DNA of 62,588 nt, from positions 1 to 62,588 of the forward strand of contig JAJZJF010000004.1 of NCBI GenBank assembly GCA_021810245.1. The letters run 5' to 3'. How positions within the stretch are numbered: position 1 is the stretch's first letter; each line of letters begins with the position of its first letter. Source of the stretch: a bacterium (GTDB taxonomy: Bacteria; Elusimicrobiota; Elusimicrobia; UBA1565; UBA9628). Below are positions 9,403 to 18,485 of the stretch, piece after piece. A program made the translations under genes and the position numbers. The notes under the pieces were generated by a model, which searched no databases, was not told the DNA's origin, and was given only the letters and a program-made list of their open reading frames with translations.

Positions 9403-10598
9403 TGAGCGGGTTTTTCTTGCGCGGTCAGAGAAGCCCAAGCTTCATCGGCGGTGTCTACGATTTTAAAAAGCGAAAGGTCTTGCGGCGAGATAACTCCCAT
9501 TTTCGAGAAAGACTTGAAATTGAGAATCTGATTCCAATATTTTCTTCCGACCAAAACGATGGGAACGCGCGGAATTTTTCCGGTCTGAATCAAGGTGAGG
9601 GTTTCAAAAAGTTCATCCATGGTTCCAAAGCCTCCGGGGAAAAACGCCAGGGCTACGGCCCCGCGGCGAAGATTGATTTTTCTGGGAGCGAAATTATCAT
9701 AAATGAAATTGAGTCCGTGGGTAATATAGGGGTTTGAAGATTCTTCGTGCGGAAGGCGAATCGTGTGTCCGATAGAGGTTCCGCCGGCCTCAAAAGCCCC
9801 GCGGTTGGCCGCTTCCATGATGCCGGGGCCGCCTCCGGTCGCGACGGCGATTTTACCGGCGCTCTCTCGTGCGACAATTTGTCCAAATCGATAAGCCTCT
9901 TCATAATACTTTGACATGCTCAAGTTTTGACGGGCTAATTTGAGCGCTTCCTGAACATTTTTGTCATCAGGATTAAGTCGCGCCAAAGCCAAGGCTTTTC
10001 TGTGTTCGGCAAGAGCCTTTTGCCGCGGCAGAAGCCGCGCGCTGCCGAAAACGGTAATCGAGGCGGAAACTCCTCTTTTTTGAATTTCTTGCGGAGCCTC
10101 CACGATTTCATGGGCGAATCTTTCGCCTTCGCCGATATCCGCAACGGGATAGCTTTGAGTTCCATCAATAAAATGAGAGAGGGCTCCAAGGGAGTTTGAC
10201 TTTTTTAAGGAACCGGCCAATTGAGTGAGAGGAGAAGCCGCTTTTTTCTCCAATTTTTTGAGGGTCTTGTTAGAGGCAGATTGCGGAATCTCCACCGCGG
10301 CAGGGGTGTTTCCATCGCGCGCCGGCAAAAGCGCGGGTTCCGGTTCTTTTTCTAAAGCTGGGAGAATTTTAGGCATTTCCCGTTCGCTGGGGGAAATGGG
10401 TGCTTCAAGAGAACCCTCGTTTAAAGAGCTCTCCGGAAGGGATAGGGGGTTTTGCAGGACAATCGCGGGGAGAACGGGAACTCCTCCATCCACGTCGCGC
10501 CCTTGCGGGGCTTCTAAGGCCGCAAAAGAGGGCCTTGTGCTCAGAATTGAGAGGATGATAAACAGGGGCATTTTGAGGTGAAGTTTTTGTGTTTCCAT
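9399..10598 (-). CDS. LOG family (TIGR00730-type) nucleotide phosphoribohydrolase with signal peptide and ~170-aa N-terminal extension
   Basis: C-terminal half has LOG motifs ITVFGSARL, VATGGGPGIMEAANRGA, PGGFGTMDELFE. The N-terminus has a hydrophobic signal (MPLFIILSILSTRPSFA) followed by a Pro/Glu/Ala-rich linker. Confidence 0.8.
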   Translation of the reverse strand: METQKLHLKMPLFIILSILSTRPSFAALEAPQGRDVDGGVPVLPAIVLQNPLSLPESSLNEGSLEAPISPSEREMPKILPALEKEPEPALLPARDGNTPAAVEIPQSASNKTLKKLEKKAASPLTQLAGSLKKSNSLGALSHFIDGTQSYPVADIGEGERFAHEIVEAPQEIQKRGVSASITVFGSARLLPRQKALAEHRKALALARLNPDDKNVQEALKLARQNLSMSKYYEEAYRFGQIVARESAGKIAVATGGGPGIMEAANRGAFEAGGTSIGHTIRLPHEESSNPYITHGLNFIYDNFAPRKINLRRGAVALAFFPGGFGTMDELFETLTLIQTGKIPRVPIVLVGRKYWNQILNFKSFSKMGVISPQDLSLFKIVDTADEAWASLTAQEKPAH

Positions 10599-10604
10599 AA
10601 CGTA

Positions 10605-10674
10605 AGGGTAAGCGAATCGGAGGCTTTGGGCCTGGGCCAGAGGGCCTAGAGGGCTTCCGGCAAAAGACCTATCC
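10605..10674 (-). promoter_or_regulatory. phased TAGG direct-repeat module plus TACCCT, 6 nt before ATG 10598 (copy 2)
   Basis: On the minus strand, TAGG starts at 10671 and 10648 (23 nt apart). Proximal 16-mer is TAGGCCCTCTGGCCCA. It is 38 nt to TACCCT (10610-10605), then TACGTT, then ATG. Confidence 0.55.
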
Positions 10675-10746
10675 CTATGTTCCTAAAAATGGGTGCGATT
10701 TTTCCTCTTGACAAAGGATGAGAGAGGGGATAAACTTATAGGACAT

Positions 10747-11496
10747 ATGACGGAGAACTCAAAAAAAGAGCTTCATCTCTACCAATTTCATTTTGGGTTT
10801 TCGCTTACGCGTAGGCAGACGGCTTTTCTTATATCCGTTGTGTTTCTGGCCTTATTAGTTTCTCCAATTGCGACCGAGTCGGTGACCCTGACTACCTACT
10901 ATCCCGCTCCCGCTGGGGCCTATAACAATATGGTGACCATTGGGAACACCTGGTTGGCCCGGGATAATCAGCCTGGAACATCAGTTCCCAGTTTTGTCGA
11001 GTTGGGAGACAATTCTGGCGTTTCCGCCGGGACCAAACTTGCGGTAATGAACGGCAATGTCGGGATTAATACCACGACGCCGCAAGCCCAGCTGGATATA
11101 GAGGCAGGAGCTGGGGTCACTCACTGCGTTGGTTCTTATGGATGTAGTACCTCTTATCCAGTCCCACTGCGGATTAATAATCCTCCCAATGGCGTCCAGG
11201 CCGGAGCGGTCTGGACAGCGACCGATAATATGGGAGATGGAGCGTGGCAGTCATCGACATCAGGTTTGTCGACTTTCGGCCCTTATGGCTGTACAGGTGG
11301 AGGAAATTGTGGGGGCCATAGTTACCCTTTAGGTGGGCCCTATCAACTCTGTACTATATCCTATGTATTTGACACTGCTGGAGCTGGGAGCGGAGGAGCT
11401 GGTCAAGGATGCGAGGTTTTATATAGCGGATCACCTGGGAATTATCAATGGACTGGGAAGGCTAATAACGCTATTTGTAGTTTCATTTGTATGTAG
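10747..11496 (+). CDS. hypothetical membrane-anchored fibre-like protein with Gly/Cys-rich head
   Basis: TM helix AFLISVVFLALLVSPIA followed by TLTTYYPAPAGAYNNM and GNVGINTTTPQAQLDI. Similar motifs recur in surface/tail-fibre-like proteins. C-terminus is Gly/Cys-rich. Start is uncertain (GTG 10693 or ATG 10747). Confidence 0.6.
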   Translation: MTENSKKELHLYQFHFGFSLTRRQTAFLISVVFLALLVSPIATESVTLTTYYPAPAGAYNNMVTIGNTWLARDNQPGTSVPSFVELGDNSGVSAGTKLAVMNGNVGINTTTPQAQLDIEAGAGVTHCVGSYGCSTSYPVPLRINNPPNGVQAGAVWTATDNMGDGAWQSSTSGLSTFGPYGCTGGGNCGGHSYPLGGPYQLCTISYVFDTAGAGSGGAGQGCEVLYSGSPGNYQWTGKANNAICSFICM

Positions 11497-11517
11497 CGCG
11501 TTTATTGGGAAAATTTA

Positions 11518-12114
11518 ATGATGAGATCAATGGGGATATTCTTTCTCGTTTTGAATTTTAATCAACTTTCAGTTTCTGTCGCTTCCGCTCAACCTGCCCA
11601 TCATTGGTGTGGGCAAGAAATCTATCAGTTTTGCCGCGATGCCCAAACGATGCCGGAAAGATTGCGTTGTCTTGAGAAACACAAAAGCCGCCTCTCGACG
11701 GATTGCCGAAAAAAAGTGGCCGTCGCCCACAAGGAGGCCGCACGTCTTCTCAATGCGTGTGGTCGTGATTTAACCCGGTTTTGCCGAGGACAAATGAGTT
11801 CATATGGCCCCGCATCGCAATGCCTTTTAAATTACCAGAACAGGCTCTCTTCGTCCTGCCGTAAACAAATACCTCAAATTCGACATTACGCTTATCGGAC
11901 CCTTGTGTGGAACTCCTGCAAACCCCAGATTTTAAGCCTTTGTTATCAAGAGACAACTGAAAAAGGCGTCTCCGCCTGCCTCAAAAATCATCTAAGCGCT
12001 TTGTCCTTTGGCTGCCAGCAGGCCGGATCCAAGGCCGGGCTTTGGGAAAAGCCGCATCTTGCTCGGGCAAAAAGTCAAAATCCCGAAAGCCAGATACAAT
12101 CCTTGGAGCCGTAA
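11518..12114 (+). CDS. secreted cysteine-rich repeat protein
   Basis: Signal-like N-terminus. Three internal repeats of a 4-Cys unit (CGQEIYQFC...RCLEKH...DCRKKV; CGRDLTRFC...QCLLNY...SCRKQI; CKPQILSLC...ACLKNH...GCQQA). Confidence 0.65.
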   Translation: MMRSMGIFFLVLNFNQLSVSVASAQPAHHWCGQEIYQFCRDAQTMPERLRCLEKHKSRLSTDCRKKVAVAHKEAARLLNACGRDLTRFCRGQMSSYGPASQCLLNYQNRLSSSCRKQIPQIRHYAYRTLVWNSCKPQILSLCYQETTEKGVSACLKNHLSALSFGCQQAGSKAGLWEKPHLARAKSQNPESQIQSLEP

Positions 12115-12195
12115 GCTCCGGTAATATGACCCAACGCTCTTGAACATTCGTCATAAAATTTGCGTTGGAAGATTAAATTTGTTTCAATAAAGCTG

Positions 12196-12972
12196 ATGAA
12201 GCAATACGGTTGGGGTCTGCCTCTTAGCGCGTCAAGCTACGCTGGGAGCATCGATTTCGGGATTTATCTCATTCACGCCGTCATGATCCTGATTTTCGTC
12301 ATCTGGGGCATTTTCTTTACCTATCTCCTTATTAAATACCGAAAAAAAACCGGCGTTTCCGCCCAGCGTGATGAAGGGCACGGCGTGGTTAAGAGCCTCA
12401 TTCCCGATATCATCGTCATGGTTTTTGAGATCGTTTTGATCGCGGTTTACGCGATTCCTGTTTGGAGCAAGATTAAAATTGATACTCCGCCTTCCGGAAA
12501 AGCGAACATGGTGGCTATCGAAGCTCAGCAATGGTCATGGAATATCCACTACCCCGGTCCCGACGGAAAATTTGGCAAGACCGATCCTAAGTATGTTCAT
12601 TTCTCCAATCCCATCGGCCTTGATTATAAGGACCCAGCGGCTAAAGATGACATCGTCATCGCCAATGAATTACATTTGCCCGTGGGTAAGCCCACGATTA
12701 TTGAACTGACCTCGATGGATGTCATTCATAGCCTCTTTATCCCGGAGTTTAGGCTCAAACAAGACGCCGTCCCCGGGATGAAAATTCCGGTTTGGGTGAC
12801 GCCGACAAAAATCGGAACTTTCGAGATTTCGTGCGCCCAACTTTGCGGCATGGCGCACAGTTTTATGCGCGGGAGGGTCATCGTTCAAAGCCAGGCCGAT
12901 TATGACGCTTGGCTTAAAAGCGAGGCCCCTAAATCGGCTGCGGCGAGCGTTCCCGCAAGCGAGGCATTTTAA
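12196..12972 (+). CDS. coxB: cytochrome c oxidase subunit II
   Basis: Two N-terminal TM helices. CuA-type motif DVIHS ... CAQLCGMAHSFM. Start set at ATG 12196; the ORF opens at TTG 12160. Confidence 0.85.
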   Translation: MKQYGWGLPLSASSYAGSIDFGIYLIHAVMILIFVIWGIFFTYLLIKYRKKTGVSAQRDEGHGVVKSLIPDIIVMVFEIVLIAVYAIPVWSKIKIDTPPSGKANMVAIEAQQWSWNIHYPGPDGKFGKTDPKYVHFSNPIGLDYKDPAAKDDIVIANELHLPVGKPTIIELTSMDVIHSLFIPEFRLKQDAVPGMKIPVWVTPTKIGTFEISCAQLCGMAHSFMRGRVIVQSQADYDAWLKSEAPKSAAASVPASEAF

Positions 12973-14702
12973 TGGCCCACGAACATCAAGATTCTCAGAC
13001 GCGTAAATCCTTTTACCATTATTTCTTTTCGACCGATCATAAAGTGATCGGTCTCCTTTATATAGTGACGGCCCTGGTGTTTTTACTTTGCGGTTTTATG
13101 CTGATGCTAGTCATGCGCTGGCAATTGGCGTTCCCGGGGAGCCCGATTCCTTTCTTGGGGCGCATCCTTTCTCCCAGCTTGGCTCCTAATGGAGTCATGA
13201 CGCCTGATTTTTACAATGCCTTGGGCGCGATGCATGGAACCATCATGGTTTTCTTGGGAATCGTTCCCCTGGGCGTCGGCGGATTCGGCAATTACGTTCT
13301 TCCTCTTCAAATCGGCGCGGAAGACATGGCCTTTCCTCGTCTTAATCTCGCGAGCTATTGGTTTTTCCTTTTGGGCGGGCTTTTAATGCTTTCTTCCTTT
13401 ATTCTTCCTGGCGGCGCGGCGCAATCGGGATGGACCTCTTATCCGCCCTTGTCGATCATCAATCCCGGGCAGACCGTTTGGTTGGTCGCAATGGTCATGC
13501 TCATTACCTCGTCTCTTTTGGGGGCGATTAATTTCTTGGTCACCTCCTTTAATTTGCGCGCCCAGGGGATGAAGCTTTCTCGTTTGCCAATTTTTGTCTG
13601 GGCCCAGATCGTGACGGCGTTTCTTCTTCTTTTGGCGTTTCCGCCGTTAGAGGCGGCTTCGGTTCTTCAACTGATGGACCGCATTGCCCACACGAGTTTT
13701 TATTTACCCCAAGGCTTGGTCATTTTAGGGATGCGGCATATCGCCTCCGGTGGCGGGCAGCCGCTTTTGTGGCAGCACCTTTTCTGGTTTTTGGCTCACC
13801 CCGAGGTTTACGTGCTTTTACTTCCGGCAATGGGTATTGTTTCGGAAATCATCGCCAACAATACCCGCAAACCCATTCATGGTTACAACGTGATCGTGGG
13901 ATCCATGATTGCAATCGGGATTCTGGCCTTCGTCGTCTGGGCGCATCATATGTTTATCAGCGGCATGAGCGCGGTTTTAAGCGACTTTTTCTTGGTGACG
14001 ACGATGATTATTTCGGTGCCGTCCGTCGCCATTTTGACGAGTTTTGTATTCAGCCTTAGAGGTGGCTCTATTCGATTTACCACTCCGATGCTTTTTGCCC
14101 TGGCGTTTTTGCCGATGTTTGGAATCGGAGGGCTGACCGGCCTGCCCTTAGGCCTGACCGTAACCGATATCTATTTGCATGACACCTATTACATCATCGG
14201 CCATTTCCATTATATCGTGGTTCCGGGGTCGCTCTTGGCGCTGATGGGGGGGGTCTATTATTGGTTTCCCAAATGGTTCGGGCGGAAAATGGATGACACG
14301 TTGGGAAAATGGCATTTTTGGACAAGCCTCATCTGCATGAACGGCGTTTTTTTCCCGATGTTTATTCAGGGCCTAGCGGGGCAAGACCGCCGCTATTATG
14401 ATCCGATGGCCGCCTTACACAGCGTTCCAACCCAACCCCTTCATGTTGTCAGCTCCGCTTTTGCGGGCCTTCTTTTCTTGGCGCAATTACCGTTTATCTA
14501 TAATTTTTTCCACAGCATTTCTCATGGAGAAAAAGCGGATGACAATCCCTGGCAAGCCACAACCTTGGACTGGGCTTGCCCTTCTCCGCCGCCGCATGGA
14601 AATTTTACAAAGCCTATTCGCGTTTATCATGGTCCCTATGAGTATTCTCCGGCCGGACACAAAACGGATTGGCTGCCTCAAAATGAGGAGGTTTTAGCTT
14701 AA
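12972..14702 (+). CDS. coxA: cytochrome c oxidase subunit I
   Basis: 576-aa polytopic protein with haem-copper oxidase signatures (WFLAHPEVYVLLLP, VWAHHMF, GHFHYIVV). Confidence 0.95.
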   Translation: MAHEHQDSQTRKSFYHYFFSTDHKVIGLLYIVTALVFLLCGFMLMLVMRWQLAFPGSPIPFLGRILSPSLAPNGVMTPDFYNALGAMHGTIMVFLGIVPLGVGGFGNYVLPLQIGAEDMAFPRLNLASYWFFLLGGLLMLSSFILPGGAAQSGWTSYPPLSIINPGQTVWLVAMVMLITSSLLGAINFLVTSFNLRAQGMKLSRLPIFVWAQIVTAFLLLLAFPPLEAASVLQLMDRIAHTSFYLPQGLVILGMRHIASGGGQPLLWQHLFWFLAHPEVYVLLLPAMGIVSEIIANNTRKPIHGYNVIVGSMIAIGILAFVVWAHHMFISGMSAVLSDFFLVTTMIISVPSVAILTSFVFSLRGGSIRFTTPMLFALAFLPMFGIGGLTGLPLGLTVTDIYLHDTYYIIGHFHYIVVPGSLLALMGGVYYWFPKWFGRKMDDTLGKWHFWTSLICMNGVFFPMFIQGLAGQDRRYYDPMAALHSVPTQPLHVVSSAFAGLLFLAQLPFIYNFFHSISHGEKADDNPWQATTLDWACPSPPPHGNFTKPIRVYHGPYEYSPAGHKTDWLPQNEEVLA

Positions 14703-14703
14703 C

Positions 14704-15309
14704 ATGAGTTCCGCGACCACCATTTCCGAACACGCTCCGGTTCATCGTTCCGGAGAATCCACCGGAGTCACTAACGCTAAACTTGGGATATGGCTCTTTT
14801 TAGCCTCCGAGATCATGCTTTTCTCGACTCTTTTCACGACCTATATCGTTTTAAGGCTCGGCGCGGCCTCGTGGCCTCGCGGCTGGGATGTTTTAAACGT
14901 CCCTCTCGGCATGATCAACACCTTTGTTTTGATCACCTCAAGCGTGACCATGGTCATGGCCTATGCTAAGGCGCATGAAAAAAACCTCAAGGGCTTTCAA
15001 ACCTATATGTCTCTGACTATTTTTCTGGCTTTTGTCTTTTTAATCAACAAGGGGATTGAATACAGCGCTCATTTCCGCCACAACGAGTTTCCGTCTACTT
15101 CCATTTTCCACGCCGTCTATTTTACTTTGACCGGCCTTCATGGCCTTCACGTCATCGGCGGCATTATCGTCAACTCGACCTTGCTTTATCTTTCAAAGAC
15201 GGATTTTGAACACCCGCTTTTCTTAGGCCGCGTTGAAGGCGCCGGACTTTATTGGCATTTCGTCGATATCGTTTGGATATTCCTGTTCCCGGCCTTATAC
15301 CTGTTATAG
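14704..15309 (+). CDS. coxC: cytochrome c oxidase subunit III
   Basis: 201-aa membrane protein, subunit III-like (YFTLTGLHGLHVIGG, YWHFVDIVWIFLF). Follows coxA by 1 nt. Confidence 0.9.
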   Translation: MSSATTISEHAPVHRSGESTGVTNAKLGIWLFLASEIMLFSTLFTTYIVLRLGAASWPRGWDVLNVPLGMINTFVLITSSVTMVMAYAKAHEKNLKGFQTYMSLTIFLAFVFLINKGIEYSAHFRHNEFPSTSIFHAVYFTLTGLHGLHVIGGIIVNSTLLYLSKTDFEHPLFLGRVEGAGLYWHFVDIVWIFLFPALYLL

Positions 15310-15320
15310 TTGGAGGCAAT

Positions 15321-15674
15321 ATGAGCGCAAGCGCAGTCGCGTCAAGCGAACACTCTTCCCATGGCCCAAATGTTCGGGCCTATATGACGGTTTTTGGCGC
15401 GCTTTTATTCTTGACGGTTGTGACGGTGCTTGTGTCTTATTGGCATTTGCCGATTAAAATGGCGGTGGCCGTCGCCTTGGCAATTGCGACTTTAAAATCT
15501 GCCTTGGTGGCCGCGGTCTTTATGCATTTAAAAGGAGAACGGATTATTATCTACGGGCTTTTGGGCATAACAGTCTTTTTCGTTCTTTTTTTAATCGCCG
15601 GACCTTCTTTTGACGTGGTTGATGTCGGCGGCCATGCCGTTCACGCGCCGGTGGCGATGCAGGCGGAAAAATAA
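15321..15674 (+). CDS. cytochrome c oxidase subunit IV (prokaryotic CtaF/CoxD-like)
   Basis: 117-aa, 3-TM protein (YMTVFGALLFLTVVTVLVSY; AAVFMHLK). ATG 15321 is preceded by GGAGG. Confidence 0.75.
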   Translation: MSASAVASSEHSSHGPNVRAYMTVFGALLFLTVVTVLVSYWHLPIKMAVAVALAIATLKSALVAAVFMHLKGERIIIYGLLGITVFFVLFLIAGPSFDVVDVGGHAVHAPVAMQAEK

Positions 15675-15871
15675 TGTCGCTTAAGAAATTTCATTTATTT
15701 TTTATCAGCACGAGTCTGTCCTTGATGGTCTTTATTGGCGGCTGGGTGGCTTACCAGTTTCAAATGGGAAAGGGAAAGGATTGGCTTGGGACGGGCGCGA
15801 TTGCCGTTGTCGGATTTATTCTTGGGCTTATTTACGCGAATTGGTTTAGGGTTAAATATAAAAACTTATGA
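15674..15871 (+). CDS. small 2-TM membrane protein, unknown function
   Basis: 65-aa ORF. ATG overlaps the upstream stop. Two hydrophobic helices. Position inside the cox operon. Confidence 0.55.
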   Translation: MSLKKFHLFFISTSLSLMVFIGGWVAYQFQMGKGKDWLGTGAIAVVGFILGLIYANWFRVKYKNL

Positions 15872-16086
15872 GATTTTGGGTCCCCTTAGTCAATCAAATC
15901 GCGCGGCCTTCTCTTGCTTGCGCGGTTTGTTTTGGCGCGAAAGGTTCTCCTGAACTTTTGCGCGGGCTTATCATCAGCGGGGTGATTTTGCTGGCCTTTG
16001 TCTTTTCGATTTTAGCGGTTCTTGTTAAAACGGTCTATGATATGGAAGTTCGCAAAAATGCGGCTGACGCCCCTCGCCTTTCATGA
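15868..16086 (+). CDS. small membrane protein with N-terminal CxxC, unknown function
   Basis: 72-aa ORF with overlapping stop/start on both sides. CAVCFG motif followed by one TM helix. Confidence 0.5.
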   Translation: MRFWVPLVNQIARPSLACAVCFGAKGSPELLRGLIISGVILLAFVFSILAVLVKTVYDMEVRKNAADAPRLS

Positions 16087-16952
16087 GTGAAGTCTCTTCC
16101 GCGTCGCTTGAAATTTCTCCATCGCCTGCCTCTTTTCATATTTTTGCCGTGATCACAGCTGTTTGCGCCTTTGTCTTGGTCTTTGCCGGCGCGATGGTAA
16201 CCTCGACCGGATCGGCCTTAGCCGTTCCCGATTGGCCGCTTTCTTTCGGCAAATTTTTCCCGCCGATGACTGGGGGCGTCTTGTTTGAGCATGGGCACCG
16301 CATGATTGCCGGCTCTGTCGCCATTATGACTTGGGCCTTGGCTTTGTGGGCTTATTTCTCTCGTTTGTCTAAACCCGTTCGGCTTTTGAGTTATTTGATC
16401 GCTTTTGCCATTTTGCTTCAGGCTATTTTAGGGGGACTGACGGTTCTTCTCCTTTTACCGCCATCGATTGCGGTGTTTCACGCGCTGCTTGGGCAAACGG
16501 TTTTTTGCCTTCTTCTGATTTTAGCGGACGCTTCTTCTCAATCTTCGCAACCTAAAACTGAGGCCTCAAAATCAGGGCTTTGGAAATACGGCGCGGCGGC
16601 GGTGACGGCTTTGTATCTGCAACTCCTTTTTGGCGCGGTTTTAAGACATTCAGGGAAATACGGGTTTCTCCATTACAGTTGGTCCATCGGCGCGGCGATC
16701 TCGTTGATGACCATGGGAGTCGTGGGGATGAAAAGCAAGGTTAAAAGCCTCAGAGGACTTTCCATTTTCGCGGGGATTTTCGTGTTTTTCCAAGTTGCCT
16801 TGGGGATCTTAGCTTACATGCGCCGGGTTTCTCTCGATATGCAGCCGGGTTACAGCGCCGGGGCTTTGTTGACTTCTATCCATGTAGCTTTGGGGGCCTT
16901 ACTTTTAGGCTCTTGTGTCGTTTGGACTTTTCGCGCCTATCAATTGAAATGA
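16083..16952 (+). CDS. ctaA: haem A synthase (COX15/CtaA family)
   Basis: Polytopic protein with VTSTGSALAVPDWPLSFG and EHGHRMIAG motifs characteristic of CtaA. Confidence 0.85.
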   Translation: MSEVSSASLEISPSPASFHIFAVITAVCAFVLVFAGAMVTSTGSALAVPDWPLSFGKFFPPMTGGVLFEHGHRMIAGSVAIMTWALALWAYFSRLSKPVRLLSYLIAFAILLQAILGGLTVLLLLPPSIAVFHALLGQTVFCLLLILADASSQSSQPKTEASKSGLWKYGAAAVTALYLQLLFGAVLRHSGKYGFLHYSWSIGAAISLMTMGVVGMKSKVKSLRGLSIFAGIFVFFQVALGILAYMRRVSLDMQPGYSAGALLTSIHVALGALLLGSCVVWTFRAYQLK

Positions 16953-17788
16953 TTAAAGATTATTTGTCTCTCTGTAAGCCGCGAATTTCGCTTTTGGTCG
17001 CCTTGACCTCAGCCTTGGGATACGCCTTGGCTCATGGGGTTTCCGGAGCTCATTTAAACTGGATGCTTTTGGGCGTGACCTTAAGCTCTTCCGCGAGCGC
17101 GTGTTTGAATCAGTGGCTGGAGTTTAAGCAGGACGCGCTGATGGAAAGAACAAAAAAACGCCCAATTCCTCAAGGGCGCATCGCCCCGAGAGCGGCTTTA
17201 GCCTTCGGCCTTGTCTTAGCTTTTTCCGGATTTTTGATTCTTTTGTTTAAGTCTAATTTCCTGACATTATTTTTGACCGAATTGACCGTGGCGGTATACG
17301 TTTTAATTTATACCCCGCTTAAAATGGCGACTCCGCAAACGACCTGGATTGGGGCTTTTGCCGGGGCGATGCCGCCTTTGATCGGCTGGGCCGCGGCAAC
17401 GGGGAAACTCTCGCTTGAGGCGTGGATATTATTCGCGATTCAATTTTTGTGGCAGATTCCGCATTTCCTGGCTCTATTTTGGATGAATAGAGAGGATTAT
17501 GCGCGGGCGGGGTTTAAGGTGATGCCGGCCCTCGACCCTGAAGGGCAGATTACCTCTGCCCAGATCGCTCTTCATTCGTTCTCTGTTTTGCCTGTCGTTC
17601 TTTTGCCGGCTTTTTGCGGCATGGCGGGAACAGGATATGAATTGGGAGCGTTGTGCGTGGGAACCGCTTATATGGGTTTGGGCCTTAAGGCCAGTTGGGG
17701 ACTAGAAAGGGCGGACACGAAGCGTTTGTTCTTCGCTTCGCTCATTTATCTGCCACTTATTTTCGGAATGCTTTGGATAGGAGCTTAA
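16949..17788 (+). CDS. ctaB: protohaem IX farnesyltransferase (haem O synthase)
   Basis: UbiA-family motifs (NQWLEFKQDALMERTKKRP, YTPLK). Start set at ATG 16949 (MIKDYLSLCKPRI), overlapping the ctaA stop. Confidence 0.9.
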   Translation: MIKDYLSLCKPRISLLVALTSALGYALAHGVSGAHLNWMLLGVTLSSSASACLNQWLEFKQDALMERTKKRPIPQGRIAPRAALAFGLVLAFSGFLILLFKSNFLTLFLTELTVAVYVLIYTPLKMATPQTTWIGAFAGAMPPLIGWAAATGKLSLEAWILFAIQFLWQIPHFLALFWMNREDYARAGFKVMPALDPEGQITSAQIALHSFSVLPVVLLPAFCGMAGTGYELGALCVGTAYMGLGLKASWGLERADTKRLFFASLIYLPLIFGMLWIGA

Positions 17789-17789
17789 A

Positions 17790-18485
17790 ATGGTGAAGAA
17801 AACTTTAATCGGCTTTGGAATCTTGATGGCGGTTTTATCCGCCTGCCAGACAGTTTCCCAGGATCCCGTCACCAGGGGAGATGTTTATTTTCACGCGCTG
17901 GGATGCATGCAATGCCATCAAATCGGAAATCAAGGCGGAACCTGGGGACCCAATCTCACCTTCATCGGCTTTCGCAAAAGCCCGCAATGGCTGACCTTGT
18001 GGCTTAAGAGCCCGCATTCCTGGAACCAGAAAACGGTGATGCCCAATTTCCATTTAAGCCAGGATGAATTGACCTCCTTGGTCGCCTATCTCTCCGCCCA
18101 AAAAGGACAGGCCTGGACCGCGGCTGAAAGGCCCTGGAATAAGCCGGGGCTAACTGCGCTTGAGCGCGGGCATATCCTTTTTAATAAAGCGGGTTGTGTC
18201 GCTTGTCACGGGCAAGACGGGAGGGGCGGATATCCCAATAATAATGTCGTTGGCGGCCAGATTCCGGGTTTGACCCAAGTTTCATTGGGATATAGCCGAA
18301 GAGAACTCATCCGAAAAATTACCAACGGGGTTCCCCAGCCAGCTCCCGCCGACCCCAATAAGCCGCTTCCCATGATTTTCATGCCGTCTTGGGGAAAAGT
18401 TCTTTCGCAGTCTGAAATCTCGGATGTCGCGGATTATCTTTTGTCTTTGGGGCCTAAGCCCTCTTCCAGCGCTGACAGCTTTTAG
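17790..18485 (+). CDS. dihaem c-type cytochrome, lipoprotein-type signal
   Basis: Two CxxCH motifs (CMQCH, CVACH). Lipobox-like LMAVLSAC. Confidence 0.85.
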   Translation: MVKKTLIGFGILMAVLSACQTVSQDPVTRGDVYFHALGCMQCHQIGNQGGTWGPNLTFIGFRKSPQWLTLWLKSPHSWNQKTVMPNFHLSQDELTSLVAYLSAQKGQAWTAAERPWNKPGLTALERGHILFNKAGCVACHGQDGRGGYPNNNVVGGQIPGLTQVSLGYSRRELIRKITNGVPQPAPADPNKPLPMIFMPSWGKVLSQSEISDVADYLLSLGPKPSSSADSF

